Shown piece by piece: positions 19,005 through 27,601 of a stretch of 64,000 nucleotides of DNA (its first letter is position 1; every line of letters begins with the position of its first letter). Location of the stretch: assembly GCA_036676495.1 (NCBI GenBank), contig JAKFCT010000027.1:22680-86679 (forward strand), written 5' to 3'. The notes beneath the pieces are model-generated. The model saw only the letters and a list, made by a program, of their open reading frames with translations, searched no databases and was not told the origin of the DNA. The stretch is from Candidatus Sericytochromatia bacterium (GTDB lineage: Bacteria > Cyanobacteriota > Sericytochromatia > S15B-MN24 > UBA4093). The translations under genes and the position numbers were made by a program.

Positions 19005-20474
19005 GTGATGGCTCATGTCAGGGTCTGGCTCAAGCCCGAATATCTTTGGCTGAGCGTAGGGTTGCTATTAGCCGCACTGGTGGGTGCGACCGCCGTGGTC
19101 GCACCCGGCATCCTCGCCGGCCTGACATACTTGGCCCTCGTACTCGGCACCCTGGCACTCACCATGCGGTTCTGGGGGGAATTCGGGTTCGTCATCACCA
19201 TCACCCTGCTCATCGTCCTGCAGAACATTCTCATCATGAGCGGGACGCACCTCGGCGATCCGATGTTCGGACGGGTCGTGCTCGTCACCAAAGAGCTGTT
19301 CCTCCTCGGTTTCCTCGGTTTGATCGCCCTGATGCGCCCGCGCTCCTCTTTACGAATCGCGCAAAGAGAACGATGGCTGCTCGTGCTTGGAGGCATCCTG
19401 GCTGGTGCCACCGGGCTGACCTTTCTCGTTCACCACCTTCCGGTGGCCTCGGTGGTCTTCGGGCTCCGCTCCCTCACCACCCCGATCCTCTTCTACCTGC
19501 TGGGACGCTTGATCTGGCTGCGAACCGCGTGGCGTATGCCGCTCGACGGGCTCTTCCTGACACTCGCATGCGCCCTCGCCCTCTACGGATTCGTTGAGGC
19601 CTACATGCTCCCGCAGTCCTGGGCCATCAACCTCGGACTCCCCTTCATGTACGCCATTAAGGGACTGGACGTCCTGGAGTTCCGCAACTACGGGCTCTTG
19701 CCCAACAACTTCTTCTTCACCGACCTGGACGGCCCGATCCGCCGCATGACCTCCTTCATCTACGAACCCTTATCCTACGGCTACATACAAGGCACGCTGC
19801 TGCTCTTCATCATCGCGCGCACCTTCCGGAGGGGGTTTCAAGCCGTCCTCCTCAACCCTCTCATCTGGTTGCTTGGCCTGTCGCTGTTGCTGAACTTCGG
19901 CCGGGGCCCCATCCTCTTCTTCATCATCGGCCTCACCTTCCTCCTGGTGCCGACCCCCCGCCGTGCTGTTTGGCTGGCACTGCTGCTCACGGCATTCGGT
20001 GGCTCCCTCTATGCACTCGGGCTCATCCGAGACAACACCGGGGGAACCCACATCCTAGCCCTCTTGTCTGGCTTCTCGTACGCCATGCAACACCCGTTGG
20101 GCCTCGGTATCGGCAGTGCCGGCTTCATGGCCCAGTACTACCTGAGCGACGGCACCGAGACGACGGCTGCCAATGAAAGCTTCGTCGGCATGCTCGGGAC
20201 GCAACTCGGCATGATCGGCCTGATCGCCTATCTGATTGTCCACATCAGCATCGCTAAACGCCTGCTACAGGGGCACAACCCCAGGAGTTACGGAGCAAGA
20301 GCCTATTACTTCCGGGCCGCCGCCGGCGCGTTGATTGGTCTCAATGTCTCGGCGCTGTTTACCGCTTCGTCCCATGGCTTTCTTTCCTGCGGCTTGGTGT
20401 ATATGCTGGCAGGAATGATGATGGCGGTCCTAGAGAACGACCTCGACGACGCCCCCGTGAAAGGTGATGCATGA
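19005..20474 (+). CDS. wzy: Putative polysaccharide polymerase / O-antigen ligase-like membrane protein
   Basis: Many TM helices; RMTSFIYEP, GRG, HPLGLGIG and ESF..MLGTQLGMIGL (Wzy_C-like). Confidence 0.7.
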   Translation: MMAHVRVWLKPEYLWLSVGLLLAALVGATAVVAPGILAGLTYLALVLGTLALTMRFWGEFGFVITITLLIVLQNILIMSGTHLGDPMFGRVVLVTKELFLLGFLGLIALMRPRSSLRIAQRERWLLVLGGILAGATGLTFLVHHLPVASVVFGLRSLTTPILFYLLGRLIWLRTAWRMPLDGLFLTLACALALYGFVEAYMLPQSWAINLGLPFMYAIKGLDVLEFRNYGLLPNNFFFTDLDGPIRRMTSFIYEPLSYGYIQGTLLLFIIARTFRRGFQAVLLNPLIWLLGLSLLLNFGRGPILFFIIGLTFLLVPTPRRAVWLALLLTAFGGSLYALGLIRDNTGGTHILALLSGFSYAMQHPLGLGIGSAGFMAQYYLSDGTETTAANESFVGMLGTQLGMIGLIAYLIVHISIAKRLLQGHNPRSYGARAYYFRAAAGALIGLNVSALFTASSHGFLSCGLVYMLAGMMMAVLENDLDDAPVKGDA

Positions 20475-21649
20475 GAGCCTATTACATCGATCCGCTTGCT
20501 TTTCATGGAGCGCTCCAGTACGACCATGGGCTCTGCAACGCGCTCAGCAAGCACGCCTCCCTGACGCTCGCGACCGCCAGAAATAACCCATTCCTCCCCA
20601 GAGCGACCTACGAGGGCCTCGAGGTTTTCTCAACTAAGGATGGCCTGGGCCTCGCAAGCAAGGCGCTGCGCTATGCGGCCGAGCTCCTGGCCATCTTCTG
20701 GCACATGACGAAGAACAAGCCCGCGATCGTCCACTTCGAATTTCCTTTCTTCACTCCCGCCGAATTTCTCTTCCTCTGGCTTTCAAGCAGAGTGCTTAAG
20801 GCCAAGCTCGTCTTCACGGCGCATGACCTGATCCCCTTCAACGAAAAGCCTTTCGATCGCTGGTTCATGAAGCGAATCTACCAGCTATCGGATGCCATCG
20901 TGGTGCATTCCCAAGCCAATCGCGCTGAGCTACTCGAAGAACTCCCCGACCTCAAGCCCCCTGTGCATGTCGTGCCTCACGGCAACTACTTCCCCTTCAT
21001 CTCGGTCACCCATGCCAAGGAGGCCGCCAGGTCCCACCTGGGCCTTCCCCAAGGCCATGAGATCATTCTCTTCTTCGGCATGATCAAGCCCATCAAGGGC
21101 TTGGATCACCTCCTGAAGGCCATGGCCCTCATCAAGGATCAGCACCCCAACGCGTGCCTTCTGATCGCCGGGAAGGTCTGGATGGATGACTTCTCCCGAT
21201 ACCAGACGACGATCGAAGAACTGGGCCTGGCCTCACATGTCATCAGCCATGTGCGTTTCATCGAGGACGAGGACGTCGCGCATTACTACGCCGCAGCCGA
21301 CGTCGTCGCCCTCCCATACCTGAAGATTTACACGAGCGGGGTTGCCGTTCTGAGCTCCTGTTATGGCAAGCCGATCGTGGCCTCTGCCATCGGAGGCATT
21401 CCGGAGGTCGTCGAGGATGGCGTGACGGGTGTGCTTGTCCCGCCCGCCGATCCGCAAGCTCTCGCGGACGCCCTCGGGAGGATTCTCGCCGCCTCCCCGC
21501 AAGAGCGCGAGGCCATGGGCGTCCGGGCAGCGGAGAAGATGCGCAACGAGTTCTCCTGGGAGCGCATTGCTGGCATCTTGTCATCTCTCTATCAAAGCTT
21601 GACCAAGAGCCCGATTTCTCATAGGAATACACATTCAATTGGGGGATAA
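20471..21649 (+). CDS. GT4 glycosyltransferase
   Basis: FTAHD, FFGMIKPIKGLD, ADVVALPY, GKPIVASAIGGIPEVV. Confidence 0.92.
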   Translation: MRAYYIDPLAFHGALQYDHGLCNALSKHASLTLATARNNPFLPRATYEGLEVFSTKDGLGLASKALRYAAELLAIFWHMTKNKPAIVHFEFPFFTPAEFLFLWLSSRVLKAKLVFTAHDLIPFNEKPFDRWFMKRIYQLSDAIVVHSQANRAELLEELPDLKPPVHVVPHGNYFPFISVTHAKEAARSHLGLPQGHEIILFFGMIKPIKGLDHLLKAMALIKDQHPNACLLIAGKVWMDDFSRYQTTIEELGLASHVISHVRFIEDEDVAHYYAAADVVALPYLKIYTSGVAVLSSCYGKPIVASAIGGIPEVVEDGVTGVLVPPADPQALADALGRILAASPQEREAMGVRAAEKMRNEFSWERIAGILSSLYQSLTKSPISHRNTHSIGG

Positions 21650-22876
21650 ATGTTAGAAGAGCAAAGGACATCGGGAGTTGCCACTCTCCAGGAGCAGGAA
21701 CTCTCTCTAATAGAAGTCACCCGCATCATTCTCAAGCGAAAAGGACTGATTGCCAGCCTGGCCCTGGTCGCCACGGTCATTGCAACCGGCCTAAGCTTCC
21801 TTCTTCCCGATCGGTTCACGGCGACGGCCACCCTCCTTCCCGTTGAGAAGTCGGCCAACAACAACTTCGCAGCCATCGCCAGCTCGCTGGGAGGCGGCCT
21901 GGGCATGTTCGCTCCCGCAGGCCTCATGGGCCGTGGTGCGACCGACAAGTTCGAGACCATCCTGAGAACCCGAACCCTAACCGAGAAGGTAATCACGCGG
22001 CACGATCTGATGCCTGTCATCTTCGAGAAGCACTGGGATCCAGCCCGCAAGGCATGGAAAACCCCAAAACCACCCACCATGCAGGCTGCCGTGCAGGCCA
22101 TGAAGAAAAGCGTCCTGATTGAATCCGAAAAGAAGTCAGGTGTCATTTCCATCAGCTACACGGCTACGGATCCGGAGATGGCGGCCCGCATCTCCAATGC
22201 TTACGCGGAAGAACTGGAAGACTACCTGAAGAGCAACACGCTTTCCACGGTAAAGCGAAATCGTCTATTCATCGAGGAGCAGTTGGACAAGAACGTGCAG
22301 GAGCTCAACCAGTACGAGAGCGCCCTCAAGAACTTCCATCTCCAGAACAAGATCGTCTCGCTGGATGCTCAAACGCAGGCCTCGATCAAAGCTTATGCCG
22401 ACCTCAAGGCACGCCTGGTGTCCGCCGAGGTCGACCTAAAGCTCCTCCAACGGAGTTCTCTTCCTGGCGATCCCAAGGTGCAGCTGAAAGAACAGGAAGT
22501 TGCTGAGCTAAAGCTCCAGCTCAGTAAAATCGAGAACGCATCCGGCGACGGACCGACTGTGACTTTCCAGAAAGCCCCGGAGCTCGGTTTGAGCCAGGCG
22601 CGCATCGAGCGCGAGCTCGCAGTTCGGCGCAAGGTCTTCGAGTTGCTCACCCAGCAGCTCGAGATGGCCAAAATCCAGGAAGCACAGGAAGAAGCCTCGT
22701 TCCAGGTGCTCGACGCCGCCATCCCGCCCGAAAAGAAGAGCGGACCGAAGCGGGCCATCATCGTGGTCATCGCCCTGCTAGCCTCGACCGTGCTCGGTAC
22801 CATCCTCGCGTACGCGCTGGAGTGGCGAAACAGATCGAACTCCCAGCCGAGCAATTCGAACCGCGTGACACTATGA
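21650..22876 (+). CDS. wzz: Polysaccharide chain-length regulator (Wzz/GumC type, no kinase domain)
   Basis: N- and C-terminal TMs around a coiled-coil region; VLDAAIPPEKKSGPKR. Confidence 0.85.
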   Translation: MLEEQRTSGVATLQEQELSLIEVTRIILKRKGLIASLALVATVIATGLSFLLPDRFTATATLLPVEKSANNNFAAIASSLGGGLGMFAPAGLMGRGATDKFETILRTRTLTEKVITRHDLMPVIFEKHWDPARKAWKTPKPPTMQAAVQAMKKSVLIESEKKSGVISISYTATDPEMAARISNAYAEELEDYLKSNTLSTVKRNRLFIEEQLDKNVQELNQYESALKNFHLQNKIVSLDAQTQASIKAYADLKARLVSAEVDLKLLQRSSLPGDPKVQLKEQEVAELKLQLSKIENASGDGPTVTFQKAPELGLSQARIERELAVRRKVFELLTQQLEMAKIQEAQEEASFQVLDAAIPPEKKSGPKRAIIVVIALLASTVLGTILAYALEWRNRSNSQPSNSNRVTL

Positions 22877-24030
22877 AAAAGCTCAGGATCTTAGGGACCC
22901 GAGGCATTCCTGCCAAGCATGGTGGCTTCGAGACTTTCGCCGAACACCTAGCCCGCTACTTGGTCAAGCAAGGCTGGAACATTACCGTGTATTGCCAGGC
23001 TGAACCTGGGAGCCAGCTGCACGAGGAGCACTGGCAAGGCATTCGCCTCATCCACATTCCCGCCGCGCTTTCCGGCGCAGCCAGCACGATCATTTTCGAC
23101 CTCAAGTCTGTCCTCCATGCCCTGAGGCATGATGGGGTGGTCCTTACTCTCGGCTACAACACGGCCGTCTTTTGCGGGCTTTTCCGGATCTTCAGGATTA
23201 ACAACCTGATCAACATGGATGGCCTTGAATGGAAGCGGGAGAAATGGAGTCACCTTGAGCGTGCCTGGCTATTCGCCAACGAGCGCTTGGGTTGCTGGTT
23301 TGGCAACCACCTAGTGGCCGATCACCCCGAGATCAAGCACCACTTGATGAGCCGCGCACCAGAAAGTAAGATCACGATGATCCCCTACGGGGCCGATCGG
23401 GTTTCGGCAGCCGATCCCACTCTGATCGAGCCTCTGGGAGTCCGTCCAGGCGAGTATGCCATCGTCATCGCACGCCCCGAACCGGAGAATTCCATCCTGG
23501 AGATCGTTCAGGCATTCTCGGCCAAGCCCCGCGGGCTCAAGCTCGTCGTCCTTGGCACCTTCGCTGCCGATAACCGCTATCACCAGCGAGTGCGGCAGGC
23601 GGCAAGCGAAGAAGTCGTCTTCCCCGGAGCCATTTACGATTCGCCGGTCGTTCAGTCCCTACGGTTCCACGCACGGCTCTACATTCATGGCCATCAGGTT
23701 GGTGGAACAAACCCATCCCTCGTTGAAGCCCTCGGCGCCGGTTCCGCAATCCTGGCCCACGACAATCCCTTCAACCGCTGGGTAGCCGGACCAGGGAACC
23801 ATTACTTCACCGACGCCGAGGAATGCCGTCATCATCTGGACGCCATGCTTGACGATGAGACGGAGTTGCAGCTCATGAGGACCGCCAGCGTGGGACGTTT
23901 CCAGCAAGACTTTACCTGGCAAGGAGTTCTCGAGAGCTACGAGTCCCTACTGGAACGCTGGTTGCCCAACGCGAAGTCAACGACCGGAAGCGCCTCAGGG
24001 CGAGCGGAGTCTGCATCTGAAGGCCAGTGA
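22873..24030 (+). CDS. GT4 glycosyltransferase with DUF1972 N-terminus (WchF-like)
   Basis: ILGTRGIPAKHGGFETFAE, NMDGLEWKREKW, ARPEPEN, HGHQVGGTNPSLVEA. Confidence 0.9.
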   Translation: MKKLRILGTRGIPAKHGGFETFAEHLARYLVKQGWNITVYCQAEPGSQLHEEHWQGIRLIHIPAALSGAASTIIFDLKSVLHALRHDGVVLTLGYNTAVFCGLFRIFRINNLINMDGLEWKREKWSHLERAWLFANERLGCWFGNHLVADHPEIKHHLMSRAPESKITMIPYGADRVSAADPTLIEPLGVRPGEYAIVIARPEPENSILEIVQAFSAKPRGLKLVVLGTFAADNRYHQRVRQAASEEVVFPGAIYDSPVVQSLRFHARLYIHGHQVGGTNPSLVEALGAGSAILAHDNPFNRWVAGPGNHYFTDAEECRHHLDAMLDDETELQLMRTASVGRFQQDFTWQGVLESYESLLERWLPNAKSTTGSASGRAESASEGQ

Positions 24031-24612
24031 GCGGCAGCAAAGCTTCGGCAAAGCCCTGATTGCGATGCTCATCAAGAAACTGGATAGGGTAACGGGACGC
24101 TAATACTTGACCAGAAGGCGACTCGTCTGGAAGAGCAGTTCGCCGGGGCGCATCTCTTACAGGCGACTCTCACGGCGTTGAGCGGTGCGGTAGTCTACGT
24201 GGACTATCAGTTCTCGAAGGAGGTGGAGCACTCCACCAGGAATACAAGGGTCCGCTACGGCTACGTCCAATGCCTCACAGGCTCGACCGGCGGATTCGAG
24301 CGCATTCACGCGCACAAGGTGACCGAGCACGCCGGTCGCAGAGGCAATGCTCGGAACTCGCTGAAGCGGACCTAGCATCGAGGAAAAAAGCGAGATGCGG
24401 CCCAAATCTTGAGTCCTGGTAGGTGGAAGGAGACACTCAAAACCCAACAAGAGGCAGGTATCATGAGCCTTCCAACCCTGTATCAGAGCGATTACTGACG
24501 AACCCGCGTGTGAGATGACATCTAGATGTGGTGCCCTGCGCTAAGGCCGATCAAACGGTCGAACTCTAGCCAATATCCAGGAGCTTCGCGGGTTGGATCC
24601 CGCTCGATTCCT

Positions 24613-24621
24613 TGCTATAAT
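24613..24621 (+). promoter_or_regulatory. Extended -10 promoter (TGCTATAAT) for pfkB
   Basis: Perfect TGnTATAAT about 45 nt before the ATG. Confidence 0.65.
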
Positions 24622-24666
24622 GGCCCTGTTTGCCCGAACAGGGCCTTTTCCAGACTATCGAGGGGA

Positions 24667-25617
24667 ATGATGAGCAAACTCACGATCGTAGGGTCCGTCG
24701 CACTCGACTCCGTGCGCACGCCCTTTGGCGAAGTCACCGATGCGCTCGGCGGCTCGGCCACCCACGCCTCCATGTCCGCCAGCTTCTTCTGCCCGGTCAA
24801 CATGGTCGGCGTCGTCGGCACCGACTTCGCGGAAGATCACATCGAGCTGTTCCGCAACCGGCAGATCAACGTCGAAGGGCTCCAGCGCGCCGACGGCAAG
24901 ACCTTCCGCTGGAAGGGCTACTACGAGCAGGACATGAACCAGGCCCACACCCTGCTCACCGACCTCAACGTCTTCGCCGACTTCCAGCCCACCCTCCCCG
25001 AGAACTACTGCGACTCCGAGTTCCTCTTCCTGGGCAACATCGACCCCAAGCTCCAGCTCTACGTGCTCGACCAGATGGAGCGCCCCAAGCTCACCGTCTG
25101 CGACACCATGAACTTCTGGATCACCAGCAAGCGCGCCGAGCTCGTCGAGGTCCTCAAGCGGGTCGACGTCGTCTTGCTCAACGAAGGTGAAGCACGCCAG
25201 CTCTGCGACACCACCAACCTCCTGACCGCCGCCAAGCGCGTCCTCGACCTCGGCCCCAAGGCCGTCGTCATCAAGAAGGGCGAGCACGGCGCGTTCCTGG
25301 TCCAGCAGAACGGCCACATCTTCATCTCCCCCGGCTACCCCCTCGAAGAGGTCTCCGACCCCACTGGCGCCGGTGACTCCTTCGCGGGCGGCTTGCTCGG
25401 CTACCTCGCCTACACCGACGACCTCTCGGACGACAACTTCCGCCGCGCCATCATCATCGGCTCGGTCATGGCCTCCTACAACGTCGAGAAGTTCTCGTGC
25501 GATCGCCTCCGCAGCCTCACCCACGACGAGGTGATGATGCGCTACAAGGTCCTGCGCAAGATGAGCGGCTTCGAGAAGCTGCCGGAGACCACCATCTTTC
25601 AGCCCGCCCTGGTCTAG
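24667..25617 (+). CDS. PfkB/ribokinase-family kinase
   Basis: VGSVALD, GGSA, LNEGEA, KKGEHG, DPTGAGDSFAGG; strongly GC-biased codons. Confidence 0.92.
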   Translation: MMSKLTIVGSVALDSVRTPFGEVTDALGGSATHASMSASFFCPVNMVGVVGTDFAEDHIELFRNRQINVEGLQRADGKTFRWKGYYEQDMNQAHTLLTDLNVFADFQPTLPENYCDSEFLFLGNIDPKLQLYVLDQMERPKLTVCDTMNFWITSKRAELVEVLKRVDVVLLNEGEARQLCDTTNLLTAAKRVLDLGPKAVVIKKGEHGAFLVQQNGHIFISPGYPLEEVSDPTGAGDSFAGGLLGYLAYTDDLSDDNFRRAIIIGSVMASYNVEKFSCDRLRSLTHDEVMMRYKVLRKMSGFEKLPETTIFQPALV

Positions 25618-25657
25618 CGCCCGCGGCTGTTGCGAAAGGCAACGAGCCTCGCTCTAA
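25614..25657 (+). repeat. Short copy of the CTAG-flanked miniature element
   Basis: CTAGCGCCCGCGGCTGTTGCGAAAGGCAACGAGCCTCGCTCTAA; shares both ends with 57326-57388. Confidence 0.65.
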
Positions 25658-25661
25658 TAGA

Positions 25662-25688
25662 AACGGCCCGCCGAATCGGCGGGCCGTT
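25662..25688. terminator. Bidirectional intrinsic terminator
   Basis: AACGGCCCGCCG-AAT-CGGCGGGCCGTT between convergent genes. Confidence 0.8.
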
Positions 25689-25693
25689 CTCGT

Positions 25694-26296
25694 TTAAGGC
25701 TGAACCGGGTCCTGCGGCGCCGGATCCCGCTTGAAGAGCTTGTTGAGCCCCGCCGAGAGGAAGCCTCCCAGCCCGATGGCCGCCGAGCCCAGGGCGCCGC
25801 CAATCGCCGCCCCGATGGGACCGCCCAGCGCGAAGCCGATGCCTGCGCCGGCCAAGGTCGTGCCGGGGATGATCATGTGCTTGCCTGCGAGCTTGAGGTT
25901 GAAGCCGTTGTCGGTCTCCTCCTTGCGCGCGACATGGCCCAGGTGATGAGCCACGTTCTTGGTCGCGAAGGCGAGGCCCGGAGCCGAGCCGCCCAAGGAA
26001 GCTCCGATCGCCGCCCCCACGGGACCCGCGATGAGGAAGCCCCCGAGTGCCCCCACCACGCTGGCGACCGGCGAGAAGATCATCGTCGAGACCACCTCGC
26101 CCAGGTCGTTCCAGCCATCGGAATGGGCAGGCTTCAGCGGCTGCTGGGCGGCGGCGTTGGGGCGCGAGAGTTGAAGAGAATCCCGGGTCGCCTGGGGCGC
26201 GGCCACGGAGGCCGCCGCCTGGGCCGGAAGGGTTCGCACGGCGATCGCGGGCGACGGCAAAGCCGACGGCGCTGCGGACGAAACGGATTTGAGCAT
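25694..26296 (-). CDS. Hypothetical protein with two glycine-zipper hydrophobic hairpins
   Basis: AGGAGG SD; GALGGFLIAGPVGAAIGASLGG and GAGIGFALGGPIGAAIGGALG; Ala/Pro-rich N-terminus. Confidence 0.75.
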   Translation of the reverse strand: MLKSVSSAAPSALPSPAIAVRTLPAQAAASVAAPQATRDSLQLSRPNAAAQQPLKPAHSDGWNDLGEVVSTMIFSPVASVVGALGGFLIAGPVGAAIGASLGGSAPGLAFATKNVAHHLGHVARKEETDNGFNLKLAGKHMIIPGTTLAGAGIGFALGGPIGAAIGGALGSAAIGLGGFLSAGLNKLFKRDPAPQDPVQP

Positions 26297-26408
26297 GCGA
26301 TCCTCCTGGGGGACGTGCGTCGGGATTCACTAACTCCCTTGTCGTGAGAAGCCGGCATGATCTGACGCGAAATCCTTTCTCCCGGTTGCCTCCATTTGCT
26401 TCATAACT

Positions 26409-26417
26409 TGTTATAAT
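26409..26417 (+). promoter_or_regulatory. Extended -10 promoter (TGTTATAAT)
   Basis: TGnTATAAT in an AT-rich intergenic segment upstream of the epimerase. Confidence 0.6.
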
Positions 26418-26475
26418 GATTTGAAAATCCCTTGGTCGATCCCAGTGTCAACGCCTTAGTAGCAAGGGAGCCGCC

Positions 26476-27468
26476 ATGAAGATTCTCGTCACCGGAGGCG
26501 CCGGGTTCGTCGGATCGCATTCCATCGACCTCCTGCGCGCGCTCGGACATACCGTGGTCGCCTTCGACAACCTCTCTACCGGAAAACTCGAGAACCTCAC
26601 CCATCTCGACGTCCCCTGGATTCGCGGGGACGTTCGCAACCTCGACGCCCTCACAGACGTCCTCGCGGATGGTTTCGACGCCGTCCTGCACCTGGCCGCC
26701 GTCGTCTCGGTGCCCCTCTCGGTGGCCGATCCGATCGGCAGTCATGAGACCAACACGCGCGGCACCCTGAACGTGCTGGAAGCCGCGCGGAGGCACGGAG
26801 TTCGGCGCGTCGTCCTCGCGAGCTCGGCAGCCGTCTACGGCGAACTCACGCCGCCGCTACACGAGGAGATGCTGCTCAAGCCCCTTTCGCCCTACGCGGC
26901 CCAGAAACTTCAAAACGAGATCGACGCGGGGGTCTACGCGCGACTCTACGGGATGGAGACCGTGTGCCTGCGGTACTTCAACATCTTCGGCCCCCGGCAA
27001 GATCCCAAGAGCCCCTACTCGGGGGTGCTCTCGATCTTCATCGACGCGCTCTCGGAAGGGCGGCGGCCGGTGATCTTCGGAGACGGCCTGCAAACCCGGG
27101 ACTTCGTCTACGTGGGGGACGTGGCCGGAGCGAACGTTCTGGCCCTCACGCGGGAGCTCAGCGCCAAAGACCTCGCACGCCATGGGCCCGACCGTGACCC
27201 TTGCCACCAGGCGAGTAAAACCGGGGTCTTCAACGTGGGCACCGGCAAGACGACCACCGTTCTCGAGGCGTACCGGGCGATCGCCCATGCCATGGGCGTG
27301 CGCATGGACCCCGAGTTCGGGCCGGAACGCGGGGGCGATATCCGCCACTCGCTCCCCGACCTCTCCCGCATCACCACGGTCCTCGGCTACCGCCCCGAGA
27401 CGGCCTTCGCCGACGGTATCCGCAAGACCGTCGAATGGGCCACGGCCTCCCAGACCTCCCGCGTCTAA
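26476..27468 (+). CDS. NAD-dependent UDP-sugar 4-epimerase/dehydratase
   Basis: TGGAGFVGSH, DNLSTG, SSAAVYG, YAAQK, RYFNIFGPRQDP, GDGLQTRDF. Confidence 0.92.
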   Translation: MKILVTGGAGFVGSHSIDLLRALGHTVVAFDNLSTGKLENLTHLDVPWIRGDVRNLDALTDVLADGFDAVLHLAAVVSVPLSVADPIGSHETNTRGTLNVLEAARRHGVRRVVLASSAAVYGELTPPLHEEMLLKPLSPYAAQKLQNEIDAGVYARLYGMETVCLRYFNIFGPRQDPKSPYSGVLSIFIDALSEGRRPVIFGDGLQTRDFVYVGDVAGANVLALTRELSAKDLARHGPDRDPCHQASKTGVFNVGTGKTTTVLEAYRAIAHAMGVRMDPEFGPERGGDIRHSLPDLSRITTVLGYRPETAFADGIRKTVEWATASQTSRV

Positions 27469-27492
27469 TCGATCCCGCGACTCGCCCATCCC

Positions 27493-27526
27493 GCGATCGC
27501 CTCGCCCGCCGGGGCGGGGCGATCGC
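27493..27526. terminator. 15-bp GC-rich hairpin after the epimerase (no clear U tract)
   Basis: GCGATCGCCTCGCCC-GCCG-GGGCGGGGCGATCGC, one G-U pair. Confidence 0.45.
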
Positions 27527-27559
27527 CCCGCAGCGCCGTACGGCTTGCTCCATGCCGGG

Positions 27560-27565
27560 TATAAT
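27560..27565 (+). promoter_or_regulatory. -10 element (TATAAT) for metH
   Basis: GGGTATAAT 36 nt before the ATG. Confidence 0.5.
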
Positions 27566-27601
27566 GCCCAGGATTGCCGTAGATAGCGCTGCGAGGATTT
27601 C

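Noticed and set aside
24463-24498. MSLPTLYQSDY as a DUF29 pseudogene start
   Set aside because: The similarity is only a few residues and does not continue past the stop.
27469-27601. SAM or cobalamin riboswitch upstream of metH
   Set aside because: No recognisable conserved core; the leader after TATAAT is too short.
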